A stretch of DNA of 64,000 nucleotides, from positions 119,786,001-119,850,000 of the forward strand of contig NW_024704742.1 in NCBI RefSeq assembly GCF_018977255.1, read 5' to 3'. Position 1 is the first letter of the stretch. The number at the start of each line of letters is the position of its first letter. The notes beneath the pieces were generated by a model. It was not told where the DNA came from. It saw nothing but the letters and a program-made list of their open reading frames with translations, and ran no database searches. Origin of the DNA: Callorhinchus milii. Its lineage: Eukaryota. Positions 63,518 to 64,000 of the stretch are shown one piece after another. The position numbers and the translations under genes are program-made.

Positions 63518-64000
63518 CTGTAAAAGAAGTAGATCCATTAATAGCCAAATGTACATTTAAAACAAGTGCATGTACAGATTCAAGTTACTCAACTCACTTA
63601 ATGCAAAACAATTAACGTGCACGGAAATCCTAATCTATCTCGATTTAGTTTGCAGTCAGTCCTCTAAAGGCAAATCATGCTAAGTTTGTTTGTTGGTTCC
63701 CTTCTAAAAAAAGTAGCTAAGAATACTGTAGCTAACAGTTCAGTTATTTGTTGTGCTGAATTTTTTTTTAATGTGAAAGTGCTTATGACAGCAATGGAAA
63801 CTGATATGAAACGACCCTGAGACAGACTATAAGGAAAATCTGTATAAACAGAGAAAATGTGACAAGTTGAGAATATTTTAGTTCTAACTATGTGTGTAAA
63901 TTCATTTCCCTCATAAAAGGTTGCCTTGGTAATTCTTGCAAGTCAAACCAGTTGCAATATTTAAATCAATTTTTTAAATTACTTTTATTTTATAAAAATG

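Overview
Vertebrate genomic DNA. The repeat content (L2, CR1, Penelope, Deu-domain SINEs, a tRNA-Ala-headed SINE) suggests a cartilaginous fish, possibly a chimaera; this is inference. Three spliced genes were rebuilt by hand from splice sites and frame phases. (1) + strand 218-25933: the last 11 coding exons (~584 aa, 5' part outside the window) of a 'tall' gp130-family class I cytokine receptor most like IL-12Rbeta1, with a CHR D3 domain carrying a deviant WSxWS, three FN3 domains, TM, Box1 and a cytoplasmic tail. (2) - strand 55838-37270: 11 coding exons of the two-RRM SR splicing regulator SREK1; its first coding exon is not visible and probably lies in the 30-N gap at 56331-56360. (3) - strand 63517-63410: the last coding exon (PDZ end) of ERBIN. 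Human has ERBIN-SREK1-MAST4 with no cytokine receptor there, while the paralogous human block is IL12RB1-MAST3-PIK3R2. The receptor is therefore a candidate whole-genome-duplication sister of IL12RB1 lost in human. Other notable signals: two YxxQ motifs stranded in the -1 frame of the receptor's last exon, a candidate micro-exon that would remove the TM segment, and a candidate SREK1 poison exon whose 3' splice site sits inside a hairpin. Almost all ORFs in the supplied track are transposon fragments or noise. Repeat boundaries are approximate.
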